Positions 13,810 to 27,700 of a stretch of 64,000 nucleotides of DNA are shown in pieces. Position 1 is the first letter of the stretch, and the number at the start of each line of letters is the position of its first letter. Below the pieces are notes generated by a model. It saw nothing but the letters and a program-made list of their open reading frames with translations. It was not told the DNA's origin and did no database searches. Both the position numbers and the translations under genes were made by a program. This stretch comes from the human T2T-CHM13v2.0 reference genome, Homo sapiens, in NCBI RefSeq assembly GCF_009914755.1, contig NC_060930.1. One strand, 5' to 3'.

Positions 13810-14350
13810 TGTGTAAGGAGTTCCCAAGACCATGCAGGGTCCCATGATTTGTTTGAGGGATTCGGCCCATAGTCATACTCACATCCATGACTTATTGCAG
13901 TGAAATGATATAAGGCAGAATCAGCAAAGGAAAAAAGCCACATGGGGCAAAGCAAGGGGGAAACTAGGCATGAGTTTCCAGAGTCCTCTCCCAACAGAGT
14001 TACGTGGGATGTGCGTAATTCCCCTGACAACAAGTTGAAAGCACACATGTGAAATATTACCAACCAGGAGAGACTCAGCACTCAGGGATTTTATTGGGGG
14101 CTAGTTATGTAGGCATCCTCTGATTGGCACATACCCAAACTTTAAATTTCCAGAAGAAAATCACGTGTTCAGTATAACCACATTGTTTGTTCAAATAGCT
14201 TAGGTACTAAGCTATTGTACCTCTAACTGGTACACTCTACCAGTTAATCACAGGAACCCTCCCACAACCTAAGTTCGCAGATGCCAGCCTTATAATCAAG
14301 CCTGTCAAAGAATAGCACTTGGGCCTGTTATGCCAACTCTTTTCTGTACA
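13810..14350 (-). mobile_element. MER21-family LTR
   Basis: cccaagacca...gcagaatcagcaaaggaaaaaag...gagtcctctccc...actcagcactcagggattttattggggg. Confidence 0.75.
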
Positions 14351-15589
14351 GCCTCCAAACAATTATAAGGAGTCAAGTGCACAATGAAAATATAATTACA
14401 TCAGCAGCCTCCAGTCTGTTTTCATAGTAAACATGGTGAAGCCACTCAATGTTATTTCTTTTCAGTAAATAACAATTTTCCTCCAGAGCCCTAGTGTCGT
14501 CCACTTATAGGCCAGACAGCCCTTTCAAATCTACTTTTCTTGGCCAAAGACATTGTAGTTCTTATCCCTTTCTTCACTTTTCAGAGCATCTTACAAAAAA
14601 GTTTAGACACAAAATATCACAAAGAAACAGTTTCCCCATGATGATAGCAGTGCCTATTTGATTGCCCATGCAGAGGAAGACCTTTGATATTTTGTTTCAT
14701 TTTCAGTAACTGGTTGAAGGTTTTTTAAAAAGATTTGAGTGTAAACTTCTTCATCACTATTATGACCTTCTCTTTGATATCCATTTCCAAGTCAATGACT
14801 TGTACTTAGAATGGCAGGTTTCAAAAGAAACGAGCCATGTGCCTGATCACTCAGAAAATACTGTTCCTCGCATGTTAATTTGCCATACTTGAGAAATTCT
14901 AGCCTCACTATTAGGGTGATAACTTTTTACCCCATGCTTTTTACATGAAATACAGAACTTTATACAACCAAGCACCCACACCCAAGGTGTGTTTCACAGC
15001 GTCAATTTAAGATATGCTATCTGATGAATGTCATAGTATGCTCAGAGTTAAGCAATTTGAGGATTAGCTTATTGCCCAAAGCACTAGACCAACTTGTATA
15101 GTCCATAGAATTCTTTCCTTGTTTGCAATTCTATCTCTACTGAAAATGATAAAAACAGAGGAGTCGAAGACTGACTACACTTATGAAATTAAAAAAATTT
15201 AAAAACTCAGTTAAGTTCTGGTAATATTTATCCATGTTTTACTTATAAACATAAAGGGCTGTATTTCTTCCTTATGTACACATTTGTTATAGCCATTATG
15301 AGTTAGATGTGTGCCTCTTTGGGTTTGGAAATTACTGAAGTTGCACACCTACAATTACAACCTCAGAGACTGACATAATTTCAGATACCACTTCATATTT
15401 GAGTAAAAATTAGCAATATGTTTGAGGAGATGAACGTGCTTTGATGTAATCCCCTGACAGGAAAGTTTAACAAATATGTTGGGCAAATTTTTCTCTGTTC
15501 TAAAATTTGTTTTAAATTTCTGTGATTGAATAATCCACAAAGATACTCAATTATCTTAAGTACCCATGTAATTTCTACCTGTGAGTAAC

Positions 15590-16012
15590 TGATATGGTTT
15601 GGATATTTGTTCCTTCCAAATCTCATGTTGAAATGTGATCCCCAGTGCTGGAGGTGGGGCCCAGTGGAAGGTGTTTGGGTCATGGGGACAGATCCCTCAT
15701 GAATGGTGTGGTGCCCTGACTGCAGTAATGAATGAGTTCTCATTCTGTTGGTTCACATAAGAGCTGGTTGTTTAAAATAGCATGGCATTCCTCCCTCCCT
15801 CTCTTGCTCTCTTTCTCACCATAGGACCTGCCTGCTCCACCATCATCTTCTGCCATGAGTAAAAGCTTCCTGAAGCCTCACCAGAAGCTGAGCAGATAGA
15901 TGCAGGTGCCATGCTTGAACAGTGTGCAGAGCTGTGAGCTAATTAAACCTTTTTTCTTCATAAATTAGCCAGCCTCGGGTACTCCTTTATAGCAATGCAA
16001 AATGAACACTAA
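15590..16012 (+). mobile_element. MSTB-like MaLR solo LTR
   Basis: tgatatggtttggatatttg...ccaaatctcatgttgaaatgtgatcccc...ctttatagcaatgcaaaatg. Confidence 0.9.
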
Positions 16013-17658
16013 CTATGAATGAGCATATCAAAAACCTTCTATAAATATGTAGAGAATTTTGTCTACTATTTCTTAATTCATTTTGTGATCACTCACCTGC
16101 TGCCTTACCATATCTGTCTATTGCTTACTGACTAATGGTTTATATTCAGCTTTGTTGTTTAATGCTTTAGGTCTTTATCTGCTTTTCATCAAAATTTCCT
16201 AAGAACAGTGATTATATTTTGATTCATCTATGTTGAGCCCAGCGTAGAAAAGGTAGCCGGTACTTACTTACCTGTTTTCCTGCTTCATGGAGGAATGCAT
16301 GGATGAATGAATAAATGGGTTGTGAGCTCCTGAAGAATGTGAACTAACTATATCTTCCACACAGTGGGGACTGGATCAACACTTCTGCCCTGAAGGAAAA
16401 TATGAATCCTTATCTAAATTCAGAAATGTGGTTATGCCATGTTACTTCTCCACAATCAAAAATTCATAAGCAATCTTCACGTTTTAGAGATGCATGTTAA
16501 CATTTATGAACAAAAATATTTAATGTTTGAGATTTTCCTCAAAACAGTGGAGGTAGGGAAAATGAAGGAACGAGTACAGGTAGAGCTAAAACAAGGTAGA
16601 CCATCAGTTGACAAAAGTTGAAGCTTGGTATGTATTTGAAAGTTTTCATAATAAAATTTCATAGTGAACTTCACTCATCTAACCTGTTAATGGATGTTTA
16701 TGTACCTATTCTAGTATGTTCTTCTCCCTGGAGAAGAGAGGTACTATTTACTGACTACCTACTATTGGAATATTTGTCATGTTTTCTCGCAGCTTTTTAA
16801 CAACTTTCATATATTTTGGGAATTCCCTACTATTGGAGTCCCTGCCTCTCCAGTACAGAAGTCAGAAACTCACCTATTTAACCTTGTTTGTGAGTGGCAT
16901 ATAGGTATGGGACCTGGACTCTGTTGATCAGAACTATCTAGCTAAGTCATCAAATTAAAAGAGTGACATGAATAAGGAGGTGCTGGTAAGAATTATTTCT
17001 CGCCGGATGGAAAGGAAGCATTCAGCCTTCAGAGGCAGCACTTGCTGAGAGCCCAGCAGTTGCATCCCATGTTCAGGCCTGTGTCCAGGCTCTGAAGCCT
17101 TCCTTAATATAAATTGGGACATTGTTCCTGCTCCTCCACCTGGCATGGTTGTCCTGCCCTCAAGATTCTACTATTCTTTAACAAATTTCTTAGCGCTTAC
17201 ACTAACTGAAGTAGGTTTGTTTTTTGCTTTTATAACTAAGTACCTTGACTAATATATCTACCTTATACCAAGTATTTGATATTTAGTATCTCATTTAAGC
17301 TAGAAAAAATAACTCATTGAGACTTGAAAAGAAAGCAAGGGCTATATTATGAAAAACCTTATTGGCCAAGCTCAGTGGTTTGAAACTTATTTTCCAAACC
17401 CAAATAGTCTAGAATGCCTCAGCACACAAAGTAAAATCCTTACCCTGGCCACCAGGGCCATCCCTTGCTCATGTGCCTTCTCCTTTCCCTACCGAGCAGT
17501 TTGTGTATGAGCATGCCCAACCCACCGGCTCACCAACCCACAATGTAACAGCTCTCTTCTTGCTGTTATGGAAACAGATCTACAGACCACTGAGGAAAGT
17601 CACTGCAACTACCTACGCCAATCACTTTTGTCCTTCATTTTAAACATAAATGAGCCCC

Positions 17659-18164
17659 TGTGGCAGGCAGAATAATGGTCCCACAAAGATGTCCATGTCC
17701 TAATTCTAATCCCTGAAACCTGTGAATATATTATGTTACATAGCAACAGGGAATTACAGTTGTTAATCAGCTGTAATTTCCCTTAAGATAGGGAAATTAT
17801 TCTGGATTGTCTGGATGGGCCCAATGGAATCACAAGGGTCCATGAAAGTGGAAGAGGAAGAAAAACAGGAGATTGGAATGATGCCATGTGAGATGGATTT
17901 GACCCTTCATTGCTGGCTATGACAATAGAGGAAGGGCCGTGATCCAAGGAGTATGGGCAGTCTCTAGACGCTAGAAAGGCAAGGAAATGAATTATTCCCT
18001 TAGGATCTCTAGAAAGTAATACAGCCTTGCCAACACCTTGATTTTAGTCCAGTGAGAGACATGTTGGATTTCTTACCTAAAAAATTGTGGGCCAGTAAAT
18101 GTACATTGTTTTAAATCGCCAAGTTTGTGGTAATTTGTCACAGCAACCACAGAAAACTAATACA
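17659..18164 (+). mobile_element. MLT1D-like MaLR solo LTR
   Basis: tgtggcaggcagaataatgg...gaaaactaataca with a perfect 5-bp TSD gcccc. Confidence 0.9.
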
Positions 18165-19034
18165 GCCCCAAGGACAAAAACCATTAGCATGAGAGAATTA
18201 ACATGATACATACATTAAATCTTGGAGAATGACTGAAATGAGACTTCTGATCTGTGAGATAATTATATTTAAGTATTACAATTGACTGTTGTTTCTATTT
18301 CCTAAAAAAAAAAAAAAAGCTACTGCAGGTCAATAAAGTTATAGTAATGAGCATAAAAAAGGAAAGATCTGGCGTTGGCACTCAGCTAGTTGTGAGATCT
18401 AAGACTATCAACCTTTCTGAAGCATTGTTTTACCACGTGCAAAGTGAGGTTAATATCTGCCCTGGTTAATGCAGTGTTGATTGAATTAAATGTCTATACA
18501 GTAAGTGCTACACAAAAATAAGGTATTTTAAAATTATTATTATTTTTAGCTTATGGCTAAACCAATAGTGGGGAAACCACCTAAGCAATCATAGATTGCT
18601 GTTATTTAGTGACTATTCAGGTAACCTCATTATTACATTTCATACCGTACATTCAATAAATATTCTTGACAGGCATTCAATATAATGTTTAAAAGCTTAG
18701 GCTATGGATTCAGAAAGACCTGAATTCTGTCTCTGAATGCTGTTAGGTAAATTGCTTTAATTCCTCATCTCTAAAATGTGAATAATAGAATTGTTTTGAG
18801 AATTAAAGTGAGATAATGTCAATAAAGGACCTACCTCAGGGCCTAGTACATATCAAAGACTAAACTAAATGGCAGCTATCATTATTAATATATATTAATA
18901 ATGAATATGACATCAACCACTTTTGACCATTTAAGCAAGTTGTACACACATTCCATTTGATTATCACAGCCTCCCTTCAGAAAGCAGCATGGTAAATTTA
19001 CACCCATGTTTCAGATAAGAAAAATTATGCACAG

Positions 19035-19343
19035 AGCTGGGTGCAGTTGCTCATGCTGTAATCCCAGCACTTTGGGAGGCTGAGGCAGGTGGATCACTTG
19101 AAGCCAGGAGTTTGGGACCAGGCCAGCCAACATGGCAAAACCCCCTCTCTACTAACAATATGAAAATAAGCTGGGCATGGTGGCCTATGCTACTAGTAAT
19201 CCCAGCTACTTGGGAGGCTGAGGTGGGAGGATAGCTTGAGCCTAGGAGGCAGAGGCTGCTGTGAGCTGAGATGGCACCACTGCACTCCATCTCACTTTTG
19301 AGATGGCAAGACTCTGTCAAAAAAAAAAAAAAGAAAAGAAAAA
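19035..19343 (+). mobile_element. Alu (J-like)
   Basis: Alu dimer with A-tail; flanking aaaat(t/g)..tgcacaga repeat. Confidence 0.93.
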
Positions 19344-19594
19344 TGGTGCACAGAAAGAAAATATACCTTAAGTAAAGTAGAGCAAGAACTAGTTCCACCT
19401 GAAAAGACTATGTGGAACTACAATAGCTAGAACAGTCTAGGAAGCAATTTCCTTTTGCACAAATCAATGATGCTAGAAGACTAGCAGGAAATCATGAGAA
19501 TCTCCAATATATTTTACTCTTAAATAGTATTCAGTAGGAAGACAGTGGGATACTAGAGAAGCAGAATTCAGGTAGATTTAAAAGAGCCAAACTT

Positions 19595-20271
<677 letters not shown>

Positions 20272-20930
20272 TCAAAGGAGGGAGGTGAAAAGAGGAAAAA
20301 TCACCTGCCAAGTATGTTTAGATTTTAGAGGATACACTATGATAGGATCTACAAGAGGAGTTGGAGACATTACAAAATAAACATCTGTATATATTCCTCA
20401 TTATCCAACAGAAAAGCATAGAAGAAAAACAAATCTTATGTGTAATCACTTGAAATAAGACATTTGGAATGTTGCTCAGTGGTTCCTATTACCTCATGGG
20501 AAAGTTTTCCATGAGTTGTTTGGCTTTTCACCAGCTAAAAATAGTAAAATTCAAATAACAAAAAACATTTTGCAAGGAAAGGGTGAACTACATTGGAAGG
20601 ATCTTTCTTTTAAAGATGGGATGGAGAAATGGGCTGGTGGTTCAGAACACTGTATATGTCGAGCAGCTACTAAGCATGATACTAATGATTTTTTTTCTTC
20701 ATCTTTTTTCTCTTGTCCTTTTCCCCCTTCTTTATTTCTGTCTTCCTTCTGCTTTTCCTACTTTGTCTTCCTTCCCTCCCTGTCTTCCATTCTTAATGAA
20801 ACAACTCAGCACTCTGTCAACTATCAGAAATCAGCTCAAGCACAGCCATCTACTTTGAGAAGTCTTTTCAGCACCTGGTATGTAACTCCATTGTACTCTC
20901 AGCATACATCATCTTTAACATTTTGTTTCA

Positions 20931-21253
<323 letters not shown>

Positions 21254-21589
21254 CTATATGTCCAACAATAGGAAAATAGTTAAATACATTAAAAATACAT
21301 ATTTTGGAGAATATTTAATGTTATGAGGAAGTGTTATGTGAAAAAGCAGAATTTAAACTGTATATATTTGTGCATGTATTTAAAAAGTGAGAGGAATACA
21401 CATCAAATTGTTCATTGTGATTATTTCTTTAAGAGGATGGATGGGATAGAAAGAAATAACTTTTATATTTAATTGATTCACTTTTAAATTGGTTGAAGGT
21501 CCCCCCTGCTGTAAGTATATATTGCTTTTGGATTCTAAAACAAAACTGCTAGAAAAATAGGTGAAAAAAGTCTTAATATATTAACAAGT

Positions 21590-23365
21590 CAAGCCTAGCA
21601 ATATGTTAAAAAGAATACATTGAGAGCAGTTGCAGATTTTCCTAGAGAAGCAAGTTTAGTTTATTGTTTGAAAAAAATGAAATTCACTATATTAACAGAA
21701 TAAAGGAGATAATAAAAATCATTTTAGTAGGTACAGAAAAGGCCGTTTGGCAAAATTCATTATTATTTTATCGTGAATTTTTATAAAAGTCTCAGTAAGT
21801 TTAGAATTGGAAGGAACTTTCTCAATCTGATAAAGAACATTTACAAAATACTTATATTTAACATCATATGAAGTGGTGGAATAAATGTTTTCCCCTAAGA
21901 TAAAAAGAAAAAGCAAAGATGTCTATTCTCAACACTTCTAATCAACATTGTAGAAAATTCCAAGTAATCAGCAAAACAACTATTAGAATAAATGAGTTTC
22001 GCAAAGCTGCAAGATGCAAGGTTAGTATAAAAAGCAATTATGTTTTTATATACTAGAAGCAAATGATTTGAAATAAATTTTATTTTCAATATCAAACAAT
22101 TAGATGTTTAAAAATAAATTTAACAAAGGATGTGCAAGACCTCTACATTGAAAACTGTAAACATCGCTGAAGGACAATGAAGAAAACTGAAGTAAATGGA
22201 GAAATGCATCTGTTCATAGATGGAAGGCTTAATGTTGTTAAGATGTCAATTCTCCTCAAATTTACCTGTAGATTCAATGGCAACCCAAATCATAATCCTG
22301 AAAGGCGCTTTCAAAGAAATTGACAAGCTGATTCTAAAATTTACACATAAATGAAAAGGACCCAAAATAGCCAAATACATCTTGTAAAAGAAGAACAAAC
22401 TTGAAGGGCTGGTACTATCTATCTCTATGATTTACTATAAAGTATGGTAATCAAGACAGTGTGGTACCAGCATAAAAAACAGACAAGTAGATAAATAGAA
22501 CAGAGCTTAGAAGTAGATTCATATTTATATGGTCCACTAATTTTCAACAACAAAAGTATCAAAGCAATCTTATGCAAAAAGAAGTCTTTTCATCAAATGG
22601 TACTGAAACAACTGAAAATCCAAATGGGAAAACAAATGAACCTTGACCTTTACCCCACACCTGCACAAAAGTCAACTCAAAATGGATCACAGGTCTAAAC
22701 AAAGAATAAAACTATGAAACTTCTGGAAGAATGTATTTATGGCTTGGGAGTAGGCAAAAGTTTCTTGGAAAGGACAAAGAAGGCCATAACCATCAAAAAA
22801 TTGATAAATTAGACTTTATCCAAATTAAAAGCTGCTCCTAATCAAAATACACCACTAAAAAAAAATAGATAAACTCCAGACCAAGAGAAAATATTCTCAA
22901 AACTAAAGTGTGACATAGGACTAATAATTGGAATAGATAAGGAACTCCCACAACTCCGTTTCTTTAAAAGGTTCAAACCACTCAATTAAATAAGGGGCAA
23001 TATATTTGAACAGATATTTTACAAATGAAAATCTACTAATGGCAAATAAACACATGAAAAAGTATTCAATATCATTAGCCGTCAGAGATTAATGATCAGA
23101 GCCCAAAAAACCCACAAATTTAAACTACAATAAGGTACTATTACACACCCATCAGAATGGTTAAAATTGAAGACTTTAACACCAAATGCTGGCAAAAATA
23201 TAGATCAATAGCAACTCTGATGCATTATGGATAAAAGTGTAAAATACATAGCCACTTTCCAAAAATGTCTGGCAGTTTCTTATAAAATTAAACATATACT
23301 GAAACCATAACCCGGCAATTTCACTCCTAGGCATTTATTCAAGAGAAATCAAAGCAGATGTGAAC
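21590..23365 (+). mobile_element. Old L1M ORF2/3' region, decayed
   Basis: ggatgtgcaagacctctacattgaaaactgtaaac; gttaagatgtcaattctcctcaaattt; ttgacaagctgattctaaaattt. Confidence 0.85.
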
Positions 23366-23369
23366 AGGC

Positions 23370-23990
23370 AGAAGGAAAAAAAAATCAGTGGAAGATAGTA
23401 CATTCAAAATTTTCAAATCTAAAATAAAAGTGAACAGAGATGAAGGGACTTATGAAGCAGATTAATATATGCATTATGAGAATCCAAGGAGAAGAAAGAG
23501 ATAGTGAGATTATATGCAGAAATAATGACTAAAAAAAATCCCAAATACAATGAAAGACATTAATATACAAATCCAAGAAACTCAGCTTCCAAAGTGGTCC
23601 ACTCCAAAACATATTATAATCAAACTGTTAAAGACAGAATTGAGAGAAGAGAGAAGCAACTCATCACATACAAGCAATCTTCAAAAATACTATCAATCAA
23701 TTCTTCAGCATATACTTTGGAGGACAAAATGCAGTGGGATAAAGTGCTGAAAGAAAATGTCAGCTGAGAATTCTGCATCTGGCAAAACAGTCTTTCAAAA
23801 TGATGGAAAAGTTAAGACATTCACAGATAACCAGAAACCCAGGAAATTCATTACCACTAGACCTGCCTTATAAAAAATGTTAATGGTAGTCCTTCAGGTA
23901 GAAATGCAAGGACACTTACAGTAACTCATACCCATAGGAAGATATGAAGATCTTCAGCAAAAATAAATACATGGACTAATATAAAAGAAA
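23370..23990 (+). mobile_element. Old L1M ORF1 region (host element; continues at ~31255-31690)
   Basis: MKDINIQIQETQ...TPKHIIIKLLK is L1 ORF1-like; L1M inter-ORF-like sequence resumes after 31255. Confidence 0.75.
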
Positions 23991-23995
23991 GATCA

Positions 23996-24086
23996 GCCGG
24001 GTGATTACAGCCACTTGTAATCCCAGCTACTCAGGGCACTGAGACAAGAAGATCAGCTTGAGATCAGCTGGGCAACATAGCAAGAC
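23996..24086 (+). mobile_element. Degenerate Alu monomer
   Basis: gccgggtg...tgtaatcccagctactcaggg...tgggcaacatagcaagac. Confidence 0.7.
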
Positions 24087-24123
24087 AGTGTGGTACCAGC
24101 ATAAAAAAAGACTCATGCACACG

Positions 24124-24126
<3 letters not shown>

Positions 24127-24157
<31 letters not shown>

Positions 24158-24508
24158 TGAGAGAGGTTTATATATATAATATAATATATATATATTTTAT
24201 ATAATATAAAATATATATTATTTTATATTATATATAATATATATATTTTATATATAATATATATAATATATATATTATATATAATATATATAATATATAT
24301 TTTATATTATATATAATATATATATTTTATATTATATATAATATATATTTTTATATTATATATATAATATATAATATATTTTATATATATATATAATATA
24401 TAATATATTTTATATATATAATATATAATATATTTTATATATATATAATATATAATATATTTTATATATATATATAAAATATATATTTTTTATATATATA
24501 TAATATAT
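24127..24508. repeat. (CA)n followed by ~340 bp of near-pure A/T (TATAA/TA)n repeat
   Basis: Directly visible; no G or C from about 24167 to 24508. Confidence 0.97.
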
Positions 24509-24553
24509 GAAAGGTAATAAAAGAAAAGCAACAAAATTACAAAAGCAGCAATA

Positions 24554-24569
24554 AAAATTTTGCAAACTG
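24554..24569 (+). repeat. 5' copy of target-site duplication AAAATTTT(G/T)CAAACTG
   Basis: 15/16 identical to 31220-31235. Confidence 0.85.
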
Positions 24570-24570
24570 G

Positions 24571-24718
24571 GTCTCTCACTGCAGCCAGAGCTCCAGGCCT
24601 CCTCTTCACTGCTCTGTGTCCTCTGCTCCTAGAGGTGCAGCTTCTGTGGCCCTGTGACCTGCAGGTATTGGGAGATCCACAGCTAAGATGTCAGGACCCC
24701 CCTGAAAGCCTAGAAATG
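24571..24718 (+). pseudogene. Retrotransposed exon 1 (5'UTR plus start ATG) of a ZNF91-subfamily KRAB zinc-finger gene
   Basis: gtctctcactgcagccagagctccagg...ctctgtgtcctctgctcctagagg...ctgtggccctgtgacctgcaggtattgggagatccacagctaag...cctgaaagcctagaaATG matches the recalled ZNF91/ZNF90/ZNF493-type first exon (encodes PPESLEM). It is not followed by the usual GTGAG donor. The exact parent gene is not identifiable by eye. Confidence 0.88.
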
Positions 24719-24796
24719 TGTACATTTTTGATTCCATGTTTTAATTAATCATTTTTTGACAACACATTGGATGGCATATTTAAAAAGATGTGTTTA

Positions 24797-27700
24797 GGGA
24801 GGGGCCAAGATAGCCAAATAGAAATAACTCCAGTCTGCAGCTCCCAGTGAGACCAATGCAGAAGGTAGGTGCATTTCCAACTGAGGTACCCAGTTCATTT
24901 CACTGGGACTGGTTAGGTATTGGGTGCAACCCACAGACAGCAAGCAGAAGCAAGCTGAAGTGTCACTTCACCCGGAAAGTGCCAGAAGCCAGGGGACCTC
25001 CCTCCCGAAGCCAAGGGAAGCCGTGAGGGACCGTGCTACCAAGACTGGGTAGTGCACTTTTCCCATGGTTTTTGCAACCCACAGATCAGGAGGCTCCCTC
25101 GTGTGCCTACACCACCAGGGCACTGGGTTTCAAGCCCAAAATTGGGTGGCTGTTTGGGCAGACACCATGCTAACTGCAGGAGTTTTTTTCATACCCCAGT
25201 GGTGCCAGGAACCCAAGCAAGATAGAATCATTCACTCCCCTGGAAAGGCAGCTGAAGCCAGGGAGCCAAGTGGTCTGGCTCAGCAGGTCCCACTCTAAAG
25301 GAGCCCAGCAAGCTAAGAACCACTGGCTTGAAATTCTTACAGCCAGCACAGCAGTCTGAAGTTGACCTGCGACAATCAAGCTTGGTAGGGGGAGGGGCAT
25401 CTGCTATTATGAGGCTTTAGTTTTCCCCTGACACTGCTAAGGAGGCTGGGAGGTATGGACTGGGCAGAATTCACCACAGCACAGCACAGTGGATGTGGCC
25501 AGACTGCTTCCCTAGATTCCTCCTCACTGGGCAGGGCATCTCTGAAGGAAAAGCAGCAGCCCCAGTCAGGGGATTACAGATAAAACTCTTATCTCCCTGG
25601 GACAGAGCACCTGTGGGAGGGGCAGCTGTGGGGCAGCTTCAACGAATTTAATTTTTCCTGCCTGCTGACTCTGAAGAGAGCAGCTGATCCTGACAAGGGG
25701 GATTCTCCCAGCACAGTGCACCAGCTCTGCAAAGGGACAGCCTGCCTCCTCAGGTGGGTCCCTGACCCCCGTGCCTCCTGACTGAGAGAGACCTCCCAGC
25801 AGGGGTCGACAGACACCTCATGCAGGAGAGCTCTGGCTGGCATCAGGCCAGTGCCCCTCTGGGACAAAGCTTCCAGAGGAAGGAGCAGGCAGCAATCTTT
25901 GCTGTTCTGCAGCCTCCACTGGTGATACCCAGGAAAACAGGGTCTGGAGTGGACCTCCAGCAAACGGCAGCAGACTTACAGAGGAGGGGCCTGTTAGAAG
26001 AAAAACTAATGCACAGAAAGCAACAACATCAACATCAACATCAACAAAAAAGAACCCCACACAGAAACCCAATCCAAAGGTCATCATCCCCAAAGATCGA
26101 AGGTAAATAAATCCACAAAGATGAGGAAAAACCAGCACAAAAATGCTGAAAATTCTAAAAACCAGAATGCCTCTTCTCCAAATGATCACAACTCCTTTCC
26201 AGCAAGGACACAAAACTGGATAGAGAATGAGATTGATGAATTGACAGAAGTAGGCTTCAGAAGGTGGGTAATAAACTCCTCTGAGCTAAAGGAGTATGTT
26301 CTAACCCAATGCAAGGAAGCTAAGAACCTTGATAAAAGATCACAGGAACTGCTAACTAGAATAACCAGTCTAAAGAAGAACATAAATTGACCTGATGGAG
26401 CTGAAAAACACAGCATGAGAACTGTGTGAAGCATTCACAAGTATCAATAGCCAAATCCATCAAGCGGAAGAAAGGGTATCAGAGACTGAAGATCTCCTTA
26501 CTAAAATAAGGCGTAAAGACAAGATTAGAAAAAAAAATAAGGAATGAAAAGGAACAAACAAAGCCTCCAAGAAATATGGTACTATGTGGAAAAGACCAAA
26601 CCTATGATTGACTGGTGTACCTGAAAGTGACGGGGAGAATGGAACCAAGTTGGAAAACACACTTCAGGATATTATCCAGGAGAACTTCCCCAACCTAGCA
26701 AGACAGGCCAACATTCAAATTCAGGAAATACAGAGAACACCACTAAGATACTCCTCAAGAAGAGCAACCCCAAGACACATAATTGCAGATACTCCAAGGT
26801 TGAAACAAAAGAAAAAATGTTAAGGGCAGCCAGAGAGAAAGGTCAAGTTACCTACAAAGGGAAGCTCATTAGACTAACAGTTGATCTCTCTGTAGAAACC
26901 CTACAAACCAGAAGAGGGTAGAGGCCAATATTCAACATTCTGAAAGAATTTTCAATCCAGAATTTCATATCCAGTCAAATTAAGCTTCATAAGTGAAGGA
27001 GAAATAAAATCCTTTCCAGACAAGCAAATGCTGAGGTATTTTGTCACCACCAGAAGAGCTCCTGAAGGAAGCACTAAATATGGAAAGGAAAAACCAGTAC
27101 CAGCCACTGCAAAAACACACCAAAATGTAAAGACCAATGACACTATGAAGAAATTGCATCAACTAATGTGCAAAATAACCAGCTAGCATCATGATGACAG
27201 GATCAGATTTACCCATAACAATATTAACCTTAAATGTAAATGGGCTAAATGCCCTAATTAAAAGACACAGACTGGCAATTGGATAAGGAGTTAAGACCTA
27301 TTGGTGTGCTGCATTCAGGAGACCCATCTCACGTGCAAAGACACGTATAGGTTCAAAATAAAGGGATAGAGGAATATTTACCAAGCAAATGGAAGGCAAA
27401 TAAATGACAGGGGTTGCAATCCTAGTCTCTGATAAAACAGACTTTAAACCAACAAAGATCAAAAAGGACAATGAAGGGCATTACACAATGGTAAAGGGAT
27501 CAATGCAACAAGAAGAGCTAACTGTCCTAAATATATATGCACCCAATACAGGAGCACCCAGATTCATAAACCAAGTTCTTAGAGACCTGTAAAGAGACTT
27601 AGACTCCCACACAATAATGGTGGGAAACTTTAACACTCCACTGTCAATATTAGATGGCTCAACAAGACAGAAAATTAACAAGGATATTCAGGACTTGAAC

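Noticed and set aside
24560-24748. A resident KRAB-ZNF gene starting here
   Set aside because: No upstream CpG promoter, no GT donor after the ATG, and no KRAB or C2H2 exons recognised in the window; the exon lies inside the L1 TSD.
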